Origin: an uncultured Eubacteriales bacterium
GTDB lineage: Bacteria > Bacillota_I > Bacilli_A > RF39 > UBA660
Direction of reading: 5' to 3'
Length of the DNA: 64,000 nucleotides
NCBI GenBank assembly: GCA_963545265.1
Contig: CAUUHY010000003.1
Location: 25,918-89,917 of the forward strand
Shown one piece after another: positions 1 through 9,749 of the stretch; position 1 is the first letter of the stretch, and each line of letters starts with the position of its first letter. The notes under the pieces are model-generated. The model saw nothing but the letters and a program-made list of their open reading frames with translations. It had not been told where the DNA came from and did not search any database. The translations under genes and the position numbers were made by a program.

Positions 1-139
1 AAATTTATATGTATATAACGACCAATATATTGAATATACTGATAGTAACTTCAATAGTTTTGATACATATAAAGCATTAGAAAAAATAACTAAAGAAGAA
101 ACTACAAACATTTCAGAAGGTAGTAATTTTATTATAAAT

Positions 140-436
140 TTGGGGCTAAAAAATAATTTGGATCCACAAAAGACAAGAATTGTAATGAATTCTAATTTTG
201 CTATTCTTTATGAAAAGGATGAAGATAAAATTAAGATAGCAGATTTATTATTTAACACAAAAATAGAAAATCATGAGCAAGTTATAGATATAGAAGATGA
301 AGTTGCATTACAAATTAATCTTGCTTTAAAACAGATTTCAGAAGATAAAAGAGTAGAATTATTAAATTTAGATGAAAATCAAAAAGATATGTATGAAAAA
401 GCATTAAAAGCAGAAATTAATATAAGAAAAAAATAA
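140..436 (+). CDS. hypothetical protein (98 aa), acidic/coiled-coil-like
   Basis: ORF track; no recognisable motif; upstream AT-rich promoter-like region. Confidence 0.35.
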   Translation: MGLKNNLDPQKTRIVMNSNFAILYEKDEDKIKIADLLFNTKIENHEQVIDIEDEVALQINLALKQISEDKRVELLNLDENQKDMYEKALKAEINIRKK

Positions 437-489
437 CTATTGTTTACTAAGTTATAATTTTGTATACTTAAAATAAGGAGGAAAAAACA

Positions 490-912
490 ATGTCAGATTA
501 TTATACAAATAGTGCAGATATATCTCCAGAAGCATTAGGAATATTTGCAGGAATATTTATGTTCGTTATGTTTATTGTATTAATTTTTTACTTAATTAAC
601 ATAATATTTCAATGGAAGGTATTTGTAAAAGCTGGAAAACCAGGATGGGCTGCATTAATTCCAATTTATAATATTATTGTTATGTTTGAAATATCAGGAC
701 TTCCAGCTTGGAATGTAGTATTATTATTTGTACCATTATTAAATGTGTATATATTAGTAAAATCATATATTAATCTTTCTAAGAACTTTGGAAAACCTGG
801 TGTGTTTGCTTTAGGTTTAATATTTGTACCAATTGTTTTCTGGGGAATATTAGCATTTGATAGTTCCGTTTACGTTCCAATTATGACACCAGAAAACAGT
901 GATTTTGCTTAA
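490..912 (+). CDS. small polytopic membrane protein (140 aa), function unknown
   Basis: Strong RBS aaggagg at 475-481 with 8-nt spacer; 3-4 hydrophobic helices; followed by terminator. Confidence 0.5.
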   Translation: MSDYYTNSADISPEALGIFAGIFMFVMFIVLIFYLINIIFQWKVFVKAGKPGWAALIPIYNIIVMFEISGLPAWNVVLLFVPLLNVYILVKSYINLSKNFGKPGVFALGLIFVPIVFWGILAFDSSVYVPIMTPENSDFA

Positions 913-917
913 TAAAA

Positions 918-949
918 AAAGATAGAATTTTCTATCTTTTTATTTTTTT
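918..949 (+). terminator. rho-independent terminator
   Basis: aaagatagaa-ttt-tctatcttt stem-loop followed by T-run. Confidence 0.6.
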
Positions 950-967
950 ATGTTATACTTTTAGTAT

Positions 968-1462
968 ATGAAGAAAAGAATAATAAATTTATTTTTAGTT
1001 TTGGGAATCATGCTAATAACAGCTTCTTTTTTATTCAGTAAAACTAATCAAATTAAGTTAAAAAAAGTTAAAACTAGTAATAATTATCAGTTTTCTATAA
1101 ATGAAAAATACGAAAAAAATGATAAAACTAAAGTTAATGATTTATCTGATATGGTTTATTTTGATAAAGAAAATTTTAAAATAATTACAGTTTTTGTAGA
1201 TAGTAAAAGCACTTATAAAAATGATTTTAATTTTTATAAAAAATATAAATTGGAAGACAATTCAAAAGATAAAGAGAATTTAGTAGTAAAAGAAGGTAAA
1301 AATTCTTACACTTTTACATTTACAAAAAATAATAAAACCTATTATATGAAGTGTTATTTGTTTGATGATAATGATACTTTTATGGAAGTTTTGATGTGGT
1401 CTTATAATGAAGAAGACTTGCAAGAATTTGATAAAATTATAGAAAGTAGGAAAAAACTATGA
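968..1462 (+). CDS. secreted/membrane-anchored hypothetical protein (164 aa)
   Basis: N-terminal hydrophobic signal/anchor (LFLVLGIMLITASFLF); ORF track. Confidence 0.4.
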   Translation: MKKRIINLFLVLGIMLITASFLFSKTNQIKLKKVKTSNNYQFSINEKYEKNDKTKVNDLSDMVYFDKENFKIITVFVDSKSTYKNDFNFYKKYKLEDNSKDKENLVVKEGKNSYTFTFTKNNKTYYMKCYLFDDNDTFMEVLMWSYNEEDLQEFDKIIESRKKL

Positions 1463-2355
1463 AAATCTTAAATAAAATAGTAATGTTTATATTTATTGTT
1501 GTGTTTGTTTTATTAAGTAATTTATATATTTTTAAATTAGTGAACAATAACGAAAACATAAGAAAAAATGTAGAAAAAATAGAATATGCTAAAAATAATA
1601 AAAATTTTGTTTATGAATTTTTTAAAGAACTTGGTGAATATGAAGTAGTAAATATTGATAAAAAAATAGATGAATTTTTAATTGATGCTATCAATAATAA
1701 AGATGCTATTATAGATAGAGAATATTTAAAAGATAAATTAAAATTAGAAAAAGTTGATAAATATTTTTATGAACAAACCGAAGTAGAAAAAAAGATATTA
1801 AAACAAATAAAAAGATATAAAGTTGGTTTGTTTAAAGAAATATATAAGATAGATTTAAAAGAAATATTTATTGTAATAGTAGTAATGCTTATATTTATGT
1901 TTATTATGTTTATGTTAATGAATAGATCAGTATCTAAAACTTTTTCTAATATTGCAATTGTATTTTTTGTTATTTTTCTTTTAAATTTAATAGTTACATT
2001 TGTTCCAAAATATATAGCGTTTGTTGGTAATATATGGGCAAGTTATTTAAATAATTTACTTTTTATGTATTCAGAATATATGAAAGAATTAACTTTATAT
2101 ATATTAATATCTTTAATTTTTATAATGCTTTTATTAGTAGTTTTATACTTTATAAATTTATATAGAATTAAGAAAAAAGGAATAGTAACAGAAGATAATT
2201 TTTTAGATAAGTATGAAGAAAAACTTCCTGTAAATATAGATGAAAATCTAGAAGAGCCAAAAGAGGAAATTAAAGAAGAAAAAGAAATAAAAAAAGTAGT
2301 TAAAAAGACAAATAAGAAAAATAAAAATACTAAAAAGAATAAGGAGAAAGAATGA
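1459..2355 (+). CDS. membrane protein with Lys-rich C-terminal tail (298 aa)
   Basis: ATGA overlap with upstream gene; N-terminal TM plus central TM cluster; KKNKNTKKNKEKE tail. Confidence 0.4.
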   Translation: MKILNKIVMFIFIVVFVLLSNLYIFKLVNNNENIRKNVEKIEYAKNNKNFVYEFFKELGEYEVVNIDKKIDEFLIDAINNKDAIIDREYLKDKLKLEKVDKYFYEQTEVEKKILKQIKRYKVGLFKEIYKIDLKEIFIVIVVMLIFMFIMFMLMNRSVSKTFSNIAIVFFVIFLLNLIVTFVPKYIAFVGNIWASYLNNLLFMYSEYMKELTLYILISLIFIMLLLVVLYFINLYRIKKKGIVTEDNFLDKYEEKLPVNIDENLEEPKEEIKEEKEIKKVVKKTNKKNKNTKKNKEKE

Positions 2356-2663
2356 AAGCAGAATATTATGTGGTTTTATTAATACTTATAATTATATTAT
2401 TTACAGTATTAAAAATTAATAAATCAGATTTTAGTTTAAATATGAATAAACTATTAGAATATCTTGGTGGTAAAGACAATATAATAGATACGAGTTACAA
2501 TATGTCTAGATTTATAGTTACTTTAAAAGATATATCTATAGTAAATAAAGAAGGAATACAAAAGTTAGGTGCTAAAGGGATAGTAGAAATAGATAATAAA
2601 TTGAAAATTGTTTTAGGTAGAGATTCAAAAGAATTAAAAAAATTCATAGATGATATTAAATGA
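2352..2663 (+). CDS. membrane-anchored PTS EIIB(Glc)-like domain protein, active-site Cys not conserved
   Basis: LGGKDNI...SRFIVTLKD...KLGAKGIVEI matches the EIIB(Glc) fold signature (LGGKENI...CITRLR), but the CITRLR position reads YNMSRF; N-terminal TM; ATGA overlaps both neighbours. Confidence 0.45.
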   Translation: MKAEYYVVLLILIIILFTVLKINKSDFSLNMNKLLEYLGGKDNIIDTSYNMSRFIVTLKDISIVNKEGIQKLGAKGIVEIDNKLKIVLGRDSKELKKFIDDIK

Positions 2664-3346
2664 AAATAGTTATTAGTTTATTGCCAGTACTTTTACTTAC
2701 TTATTATATTTATAAAAAAGATAAACATAAAGAATCTTTATATATGATAATATTCTTAATTTTGGGTGGAATATTTAGTGCAATATTTTCATATGCATTA
2801 AGTGAATTTACCAAAAATATAGTAGTAGATAATTTAGTTTTTAAGAATATAGTTTTTATTGGATTTAAAGAAGAATTTATTAAATTTATAGTATTATTTT
2901 TAATATGTTTTAATGCATTAGAGTTTGATGAAATATATGATTCTATAGTTTATTCTACGTTTTTATCTTTAGGTTTTATTTTTATAGAAAACATAATATA
3001 TATAAATACTTTAAATATTAATTTTATAGATATTGTTTTAAGATCTATTATGTCTTGTGGAGTTCATTTTGCTTTAGGAGTTACAATGGGATACTTTATA
3101 GGATACGCTAAAGATAATCAAATAAATTATAAATATTTTAGTTCTGTTACTAATATCTTTTTAGCTTTTTTAATACCTAGTATTTTACATGGAATATATG
3201 ATTTACTTATTTCTTTAAGTATAAAATATAATAATATAAGTTATTTTGTTCCTTGTTATGTTATGATTGTGTTTATTGTTTCTTATTTTATGTTTAATAA
3301 ATATTTAAGTCTTAGAAACAATAATTTTGTATCATTTACTAACTAG
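2660..3346 (+). CDS. PrsW-like intramembrane protease family protein
   Basis: Polytopic; motifs GFKEEFIKF (EExxK), GVHFALG (FxxxH-like), LHGIYD (HxxxD), characteristic of the PrsW/CPBP-like family. Confidence 0.45.
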   Translation: MKIVISLLPVLLLTYYIYKKDKHKESLYMIIFLILGGIFSAIFSYALSEFTKNIVVDNLVFKNIVFIGFKEEFIKFIVLFLICFNALEFDEIYDSIVYSTFLSLGFIFIENIIYINTLNINFIDIVLRSIMSCGVHFALGVTMGYFIGYAKDNQINYKYFSSVTNIFLAFLIPSILHGIYDLLISLSIKYNNISYFVPCYVMIVFIVSYFMFNKYLSLRNNNFVSFTN

Positions 3347-3372
3347 GAGTATAATTTTGAATAGGTGATTTG

Positions 3373-4068
3373 ATGAAAAAGAAAATATTAATTATAAGTT
3401 TCATAATCGTTTTTGTTATAACAATATTTAGTGTTTTTTATTTCCTTTTTTTTAGAAGAAAAAATGCTTTTGAAAAACTTGATTTAACTAAAGTAGACAA
3501 TTTGATGTTTGTAGCTCATCCAGATGATGAAATGCTGTGGGGTGGAAGAGAACTTATTAAAAACAAATATCTTGTAGTATGTATTACTTGTGGAACAAAC
3601 AAAAGAAGAGTAAAAGAATTTAAAAAAGTAATGAAACAAGTAGATGATCAATATTTAATGTTAGGTTATCCAGATAAGATTATGAATATGAGAAGTAATT
3701 GGAAAAACGAATATGCTTCTATAAAACAAGATGTAGAAAGAATCTATAATCTAAAAAATTGGAAAAAGGTAGTAGTGCATAATCCGATGGGAGAATATGG
3801 ACATATGCATCATAAAATGACTAGTAAAATTGTTACAGAAGTAGTTGATCATAAAAAACTTTATTATTTTAATATGTATAAAAGAAAATCTATTATAGAT
3901 TATAACGATCCTATGCCAAAAGAAGACTTGGAAGAGAAGAAAAAAATATTATCGATTTATAAATCACAAGGATTTATAAAGAAAATGTTTTATCATATGA
4001 TAGCTTTTGAAAAGCTAATAACTTATGAAGATTGGATAAAAAATGAGCAATTTAAACAAAAAAGATAA
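3373..4068 (+). CDS. PIG-L/LmbE-family N-acetylglucosaminyl deacetylase
   Basis: FVAHPDDEMLWGG motif (the HPDDE zinc-binding signature of PIG-L/LmbE); N-terminal TM anchor; ATG at 3373 preferred over TTG at 3370. Confidence 0.7.
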   Translation: MKKKILIISFIIVFVITIFSVFYFLFFRRKNAFEKLDLTKVDNLMFVAHPDDEMLWGGRELIKNKYLVVCITCGTNKRRVKEFKKVMKQVDDQYLMLGYPDKIMNMRSNWKNEYASIKQDVERIYNLKNWKKVVVHNPMGEYGHMHHKMTSKIVTEVVDHKKLYYFNMYKRKSIIDYNDPMPKEDLEEKKKILSIYKSQGFIKKMFYHMIAFEKLITYEDWIKNEQFKQKR

Positions 4069-6517
4069 GTTTAATATAGCTATAATTATTATAGCTTTTT
4101 TAATTTTTACAATAATAATAACTAGATTTACTAACTATTATGGATCTTTACTTGATTGGGAAGCTCAACATATAGCTATACCAAATACTTTTAGAACATT
4201 ATTTTATCAAAATTTAGAATTTTTACCTGATTTTGTTTTAAATATAGGAGCAGGTCAAAATATTTATTATTTATCATATTATGGGCTTTTAAATCCATAT
4301 ATTTTAATTTCTTATCTTTTTCCATTTATAAAAATGGTGGATTTTATATCTCTAATTGGAATATTAATACCCATATCTTCAACTATTTTGATATATATAT
4401 GGTTAAGAAAAAGATATGATGAAAAGATAAGTTTTATGTCTAGTATTTTGTTTATGTTTTCAATGTCTTTATCTTTTCATTCACATAGACATATTATGTT
4501 TATTAATTATATGCCTTTTTTGTTAATGGGTCTTTTTGCTATAGATGAAAAGTATGATAAGAAAAAAAGTTCTTTATTAGTATTATCAATATTTTTAATA
4601 GCGATAACTAGTTTTTATTATTCTATATCAGCATATATAGTTTTAATATTTTATTATATTTTCAAATATATAGAAGATAATAAAAAAATAGTTATAAAAG
4701 ATTTATTTATAAGACTTATAAAATTATCTTTAAATTTTATACATGGAATTCTTTTTAGTGCAATTGTATTACTTCCAACTGCAGCTGTAATAATAAACGG
4801 AAGAGAAAAAACTACTTTAGCAATAAAATTTTTAGATACTTTAATTCCTAAATTTAATGCCTTATATTTTTTATATTCTCCTTATGGAATAGGTTTAACT
4901 GTAATTGCGATAGTAGCTATACTTTATGCTTTAATATCAAAAGATTTAAAATACAAGTTTTTATCAATAATATTATTTTTAATATTACTTTTCCCGGTAT
5001 TTAATTATATATTAAATGCTACTATGTATATTGATGCTAAAATTTTAATACCATTTTTACCACTTGTTATAGTTTTAATAGCTAATTTTATAAAAAACGT
5101 AACTGATAATTTAATAACTAACAATGAATTTATTTTTATAATAGCAATTACTAATTTATGTATAATGAGTTCTATTATATATATATATATTGATTTAATG
5201 ATTTTAATTATAATTTTATTTTTATATAAGAAATTTAATAAGAAATTTATATTATATTTTATAATGTTATTTGCAATAATTATATCGATAATATTTTCTT
5301 TAAATGATCCGTTGTTAAACAAAAAAGAATATGATAGAGATTATAAAACTTTAAAAAATATAGTTAATTATATAAGAAAAAAAGATAGCGATTTATATAG
5401 AATTGCAATAGATTATAAAAATGAAGGATTTATAAATCAAATATTTGATAATTCGTCTGTTTATACATCTACAATATATTCTTCATTAAATAATAAAAAT
5501 TATAGTAATTTTTATTATGAAGAGTTATTAAATAATATAAAACATAGAAATAGAGTAATCACTACAACTACAACTTCCGATTATTATTTAAATAGTTTAT
5601 CTAATAAATATGTAGTTAGTAAAAAAAATTTAATTAATAAAAAGTTAATAAAAAAAATAGATTCATATAATATTTATTTAAATGAAGATAGTAAATATAT
5701 GTTTTATCTTAGTGATAAGTTAATAAGTGAAGAAAATTATGATAAATTAAAATATTATGAAAAGCCATTAGCATTAATGAATTATGATGTAGTAAATAAA
5801 TCAAATGATAATGTTAATTTTAATATAGAAAAAATAGAAAATATTAATTTAATAAAAATTGGTGAATATCAAATAGACAAAATTTTAAAATATAGTATAG
5901 ATTTAAAAGAAGTTAAAAATTTATTTATTAGGATAAATATGTATGATTCCCCTTCGTGTAAAATTGGAGATAATTATATAGATATTAATAATATTAGAAA
6001 TAAATTAACTTGTAAAACTTGGAAATATCATAATAAAAATTATAGTTTTGATTATTTTGTCACTTCAGATAAATTAAATTTAAAACTTAAAAATAGTAAA
6101 TATTATATAAAAGATTTTGAAATTTATGAAATTAAAAATTTTTCAATCGATAAAAAAGAAAAAGTAAATATAGCATATAAAAATTCTATATTTTATGGAG
6201 AAGTTAATTCTGATAAAGAAAAATACTTTATAACTACTATTCCTTATGATAAAGGTTTTAAAGTATTAATAGATGGTAAAGAAGTAAAAATAGAAAAGGT
6301 AAATAAGGGATTTGTTGGATTTAAAGTTTTAAAAGGAAAACACAAAGTTATAATTAAATTTAATGCTCCTTTAAAAAAAGAAGCGTTAATAATAACTTTA
6401 GTATCTTTATTTGTATATATATTTTTAATATGGAAGGATCAAAATAATGAGAAGTTACTTGGAAGTGAACTTAAACAATATAAGAAAAAATTTACAAGAA
6501 ATAAGAAGAATAACTAA
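4043..6517 (+). CDS. yfhO: YfhO-family polytopic membrane protein (putative glycosyltransferase/flippase-coupled glycosylation of teichoic acids)
   Basis: 824 aa; more than 10 N-terminal TM helices followed by a large C-terminal soluble domain; size and topology typical of YfhO; located in a cluster with GT2 and GtrA genes. Confidence 0.55.
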   Translation: MSNLNKKDKFNIAIIIIAFLIFTIIITRFTNYYGSLLDWEAQHIAIPNTFRTLFYQNLEFLPDFVLNIGAGQNIYYLSYYGLLNPYILISYLFPFIKMVDFISLIGILIPISSTILIYIWLRKRYDEKISFMSSILFMFSMSLSFHSHRHIMFINYMPFLLMGLFAIDEKYDKKKSSLLVLSIFLIAITSFYYSISAYIVLIFYYIFKYIEDNKKIVIKDLFIRLIKLSLNFIHGILFSAIVLLPTAAVIINGREKTTLAIKFLDTLIPKFNALYFLYSPYGIGLTVIAIVAILYALISKDLKYKFLSIILFLILLFPVFNYILNATMYIDAKILIPFLPLVIVLIANFIKNVTDNLITNNEFIFIIAITNLCIMSSIIYIYIDLMILIIILFLYKKFNKKFILYFIMLFAIIISIIFSLNDPLLNKKEYDRDYKTLKNIVNYIRKKDSDLYRIAIDYKNEGFINQIFDNSSVYTSTIYSSLNNKNYSNFYYEELLNNIKHRNRVITTTTTSDYYLNSLSNKYVVSKKNLINKKLIKKIDSYNIYLNEDSKYMFYLSDKLISEENYDKLKYYEKPLALMNYDVVNKSNDNVNFNIEKIENINLIKIGEYQIDKILKYSIDLKEVKNLFIRINMYDSPSCKIGDNYIDINNIRNKLTCKTWKYHNKNYSFDYFVTSDKLNLKLKNSKYYIKDFEIYEIKNFSIDKKEKVNIAYKNSIFYGEVNSDKEKYFITTIPYDKGFKVLIDGKEVKIEKVNKGFVGFKVLKGKHKVIIKFNAPLKKEALIITLVSLFVYIFLIWKDQNNEKLLGSELKQYKKKFTRNKKNN

Positions 6518-7550
6518 GTCCAAAATTATGCCAGTTATAAAAAATGATGCATATAGTTTAGGATCAGTTAAAATAGCTCAAACTTTAGAAAAAGAAGGGA
6601 TAGATTTTTTTGCTGTTTGTACTATAAAAGAAGCATTGTTACTTAGAGAAAATAATATTAAGTCTAATATATTGCTTTTTTCTAAAGTATTTGATGATGA
6701 ATATTATTTGTTAAAAAATAACAATATCACATTAACTGCATATTCATTAGAAGAATTAGAAGAACTTAATAATTATTTAATTAAAGAAAATTTTTCTATA
6801 AATGCTCATTTAAAAATAGATACAGGTATGACTAGACTTGGATTTCTTTATTCTGAAAATGAAAAAGAAATTGATGATATATTAAGAGCATTTAAGTTTT
6901 CTAATATAAAGATAACAGGAATATATTCACATTTATCTTCAGCTGAAGAAGAAGATAGTAAATATAGTAATATGCAAATAAAACTTTTTAATGAAGTATT
7001 ATCTTTATTAAAACAAAAAAATATAAATTATGGTTTTACACATTTGTTTGCAAGTCATGCCGCACTAAATTATCCTGGTGAATATGATTATATTAGACCT
7101 GGTATGATTTTATATGGAATAACAGTAAGAGAAGATCTTAAAAATTTAAGTGATATAAAATTATATCCAGCAGTTAAGTTTTTTAGTAGAGTAATTTCTG
7201 TGAAAACTGTAAAAGAAAATACGCCTGTTTCATATTCTAGACTTTATATTACCGATAAAAAAACAGAAGTAGCAGTTGTTTCAGTAGGTTTTGCTGATGG
7301 ATATCAAAGAAACTTATCAAATGATTTTTATGTATATATTAATAATCAAAAATGCAATATTTTAGGTAGAATATGTATGGATCATATGATGGTTGATGTA
7401 ACGAATAAAAATGTTAAAGTAGGTGACATTGTAGAACTATTTGGAGACAATATAAAAATAGATGAAATATCTAAAAAACTTAATACTATTAATGGCGATA
7501 TATTGTGTGGTATTAAAAAAAGAGTGGAAATTAAATATGTAGAAAATTAA
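6447..7550 (+). CDS. alr: alanine racemase
   Basis: N-terminal PVIKNDAYSLG (PLP-lysine motif VVKANAYGHG); 367 aa; C-terminal beta-domain motifs (RICMDHMMVDVT); start overlaps yfhO by 71 nt. Confidence 0.8.
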   Translation: MRSYLEVNLNNIRKNLQEIRRITKSKIMPVIKNDAYSLGSVKIAQTLEKEGIDFFAVCTIKEALLLRENNIKSNILLFSKVFDDEYYLLKNNNITLTAYSLEELEELNNYLIKENFSINAHLKIDTGMTRLGFLYSENEKEIDDILRAFKFSNIKITGIYSHLSSAEEEDSKYSNMQIKLFNEVLSLLKQKNINYGFTHLFASHAALNYPGEYDYIRPGMILYGITVREDLKNLSDIKLYPAVKFFSRVISVKTVKENTPVSYSRLYITDKKTEVAVVSVGFADGYQRNLSNDFYVYINNQKCNILGRICMDHMMVDVTNKNVKVGDIVELFGDNIKIDEISKKLNTINGDILCGIKKRVEIKYVEN

Positions 7551-7584
7551 TAAAAATAATGATATATTTTTATTAGGAGTTATT

Positions 7585-8502
7585 ATGAAACGAAAATTAT
7601 CTGTAATTGTTCCTTGTTATAATGAAGAGAAAAATATAGTTAAATTTTATAACAAGATTTTAGAAGATTTAAAAGATATAGACTTAGAATTAATCTTTAT
7701 AAATGATGGATCAAAAGATAAAACACAAGTAGAAGTAGATAAACTATTAAAAAATAAAGATTTTAAAATTAAATGTATTAATTTTTCGAGAAATTTTGGT
7801 AAAGAAAGTGCTATGTTAGCAGGGTTAGAAAACGTTAGAAAAGATGCTGATTACATATCTATAATTGATGCTGATTTACAACAAAATCCTAAATATTTAT
7901 TAAAAATGTATAAATATTTAAATGAAAATCCAGAAATTGATGAAGTAGCATGTTATCAAAAGAAAAGAAAAGAAGGTATTTTATCTATATTTAAAAAGAC
8001 TTTTTATAAGATTATTAACAGTTTTAGTGAAGTTGAATTTAAAAATGGCGTAAGTGATTTTAGAATGTTTAGGAGACCTGTACTAGAAGCTATTATTTCT
8101 ATTAAAGAACATAATAGGTTTTCTAAGGGAATATTTTCTTATGTAGGATTTAATATCTATTACATGCCTTATGAAGTAGAAAAAAGAGAAGAAGGAAAAA
8201 CATCATGGAATTTCTTTAGTTTATTTTCTTATGCTTTATTAGGATTTAAAAACTTTACTAATATATTTTTAAATATTATAAAAATTATATCATTATTCTT
8301 ATTTTTATCATCTATTATATTTTTAGTAGTTAGGATAAAGTTAGGAATAGATAAAATAGATATTTTAATATTTTTAATATTAAGTATGACTTCTATTAAT
8401 ATATTTGTATTATCATTAATTATGAGTTATATAAAATTGATCGATACAGACACTAAAAATAGACCACAATATATAATTAGGAGAATTAATACTAATGATT
8501 AA
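7585..8502 (+). CDS. family-2 glycosyltransferase, CsbB/GtrB/DPM1-like (polyprenyl-phosphate sugar transferase)
   Basis: VIVPCYNEEKNI, FINDGSKDKT, DADLQQNP (DxD) motifs; two C-terminal TM helices as in GtrB/CsbB. Confidence 0.8.
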   Translation: MKRKLSVIVPCYNEEKNIVKFYNKILEDLKDIDLELIFINDGSKDKTQVEVDKLLKNKDFKIKCINFSRNFGKESAMLAGLENVRKDADYISIIDADLQQNPKYLLKMYKYLNENPEIDEVACYQKKRKEGILSIFKKTFYKIINSFSEVEFKNGVSDFRMFRRPVLEAIISIKEHNRFSKGIFSYVGFNIYYMPYEVEKREEGKTSWNFFSLFSYALLGFKNFTNIFLNIIKIISLFLFLSSIIFLVVRIKLGIDKIDILIFLILSMTSINIFVLSLIMSYIKLIDTDTKNRPQYIIRRINTND

Positions 8503-8908
8503 AAATTGTTTAAATTTATATAAAAAATATGAAGAAATAATAAATTATATAGTAGTAGGGGGAGTGACTACTATTATATCTATATTATCTTATTATTTAT
8601 TTAGGATTATATTAAGTTCTAATACAAATTTAAACGTGCAAATATCTACTGTTTTTTCATGGATAGTAGCAGTAACATTTGCATATTTTGCTAATAGAAT
8701 ATTTGTTTTTAAATCTAATAATTCTAGAAAAACTGAAGCAGTAAAATTTGTAACTTCAAGAATTATGTCATTATTAATTGAAATGTTAGTAATGTTTATA
8801 TTGACAAGTGTTGTAAAAATAAATGATAAAGTTGCTAAAGTATTAGTACAATTTATAATTGTAATTTTAAATTATTTATTTTCAAAAATATTTGTTTTTA
8901 AAAAATAA
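8495..8908 (+). CDS. GtrA-family small membrane protein (sugar-lipid flippase)
   Basis: 137 aa, 4 TM; YxxVGGxxT...F..NRxFVF pattern typical of GtrA; overlaps the GT2 gene by 8 nt. Confidence 0.7.
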   Translation: MIKNCLNLYKKYEEIINYIVVGGVTTIISILSYYLFRIILSSNTNLNVQISTVFSWIVAVTFAYFANRIFVFKSNNSRKTEAVKFVTSRIMSLLIEMLVMFILTSVVKINDKVAKVLVQFIIVILNYLFSKIFVFKK

Positions 8909-8917
8909 GAGGATAAA

Positions 8918-9691
8918 ATGGAAAATAACTTTGATGATATAAAAAATTTAGAAAAAAAAGTTTTAACAAAGGAAGAAAAAGAAGAAGCATTAAATAAAGT
9001 TAGATTTTTAATACTTTTCGTGAGTTTTTTTATCTTTCTTTTTGTTTTAACTTTTTTATATATTAACGGTTTTATATTCAAAAAGAAGAGTCTTAATAAA
9101 AATGTAGAAACAATTGAAAAAATAGAAAAAAATACTCTTTATTCGTTAAATGAAACTAATTTAACGAACAATAAAGAAGCATTATCTTTAGTTAATGATT
9201 ATCATTTTGATTTTTTGTATGAAGAAGAATATAAAAATTCAAGAATTTTTGAAGCAAAAGAATTGTATCTTAAAAATATGAGTGAGTCTGATAAGATGGT
9301 TATATTAAATGTAAGTAATTTTTTTAAGACTTATTTAAAAAATAATTTTTTATATGACTGTAATAAAAAAATAGTAGATAAAGAAAATTTAGAAAAACAA
9401 TTTGAAGAAGAGTATAAAACGAAAATAAAAGTAACTGCTTTTGTTACAAAAATATCTTTTGATAATAATAGAGTTTTAGAATATAAAAATAATATTTTAT
9501 CTTGTGTTGAGTTAAAAAATCCAAAGGTACTTAGTAATAAACTTTATCATATAGAAAAAAATAAAAATATAATTAAATATTATTATAAAAAATATATAAA
9601 TGGTAAAGATATAAATAGTAATTTTGTCTTAGTATTTAAATATAATGAAAAAGAAAACAAATATTTTTTAGAAAAAATTGAAAATTCATGA
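8918..9691 (+). CDS. membrane-anchored hypothetical protein (257 aa)
   Basis: ORF track; single TM after an acidic N-terminus; RBS gaggataaaatg. Confidence 0.4.
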   Translation: MENNFDDIKNLEKKVLTKEEKEEALNKVRFLILFVSFFIFLFVLTFLYINGFIFKKKSLNKNVETIEKIEKNTLYSLNETNLTNNKEALSLVNDYHFDFLYEEEYKNSRIFEAKELYLKNMSESDKMVILNVSNFFKTYLKNNFLYDCNKKIVDKENLEKQFEEEYKTKIKVTAFVTKISFDNNRVLEYKNNILSCVELKNPKVLSNKLYHIEKNKNIIKYYYKKYINGKDINSNFVLVFKYNEKENKYFLEKIENS

Positions 9692-9749
9692 AATATTTGC
9701 TTTTTTTTAAAAAATAAGTATAATAATATAACAAGTTTGGGGGTTTAAT

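Noticed and set aside
5005-5322. Minus-strand ORFs antisense to strong genes (5005-5322, 8872-9081, 10536-10802, 13943-14155, 15879-16073, 16717-16911, 23690-23971, 28863-29147, 30228-30419, 32404-32796, 33482-33823, 33856-34413, 37439-37822, 50386-50661, 57586-57774, 62774-62962, 63519-63719)
   Set aside because: Each lies fully inside a well-supported +strand gene (YfhO, InfB, PolC, etc.). They have low-complexity, AT-codon-driven translations (I/F/L/S/N-rich), no RBS and no motifs. These are expected spurious frames in a ~24% GC genome.
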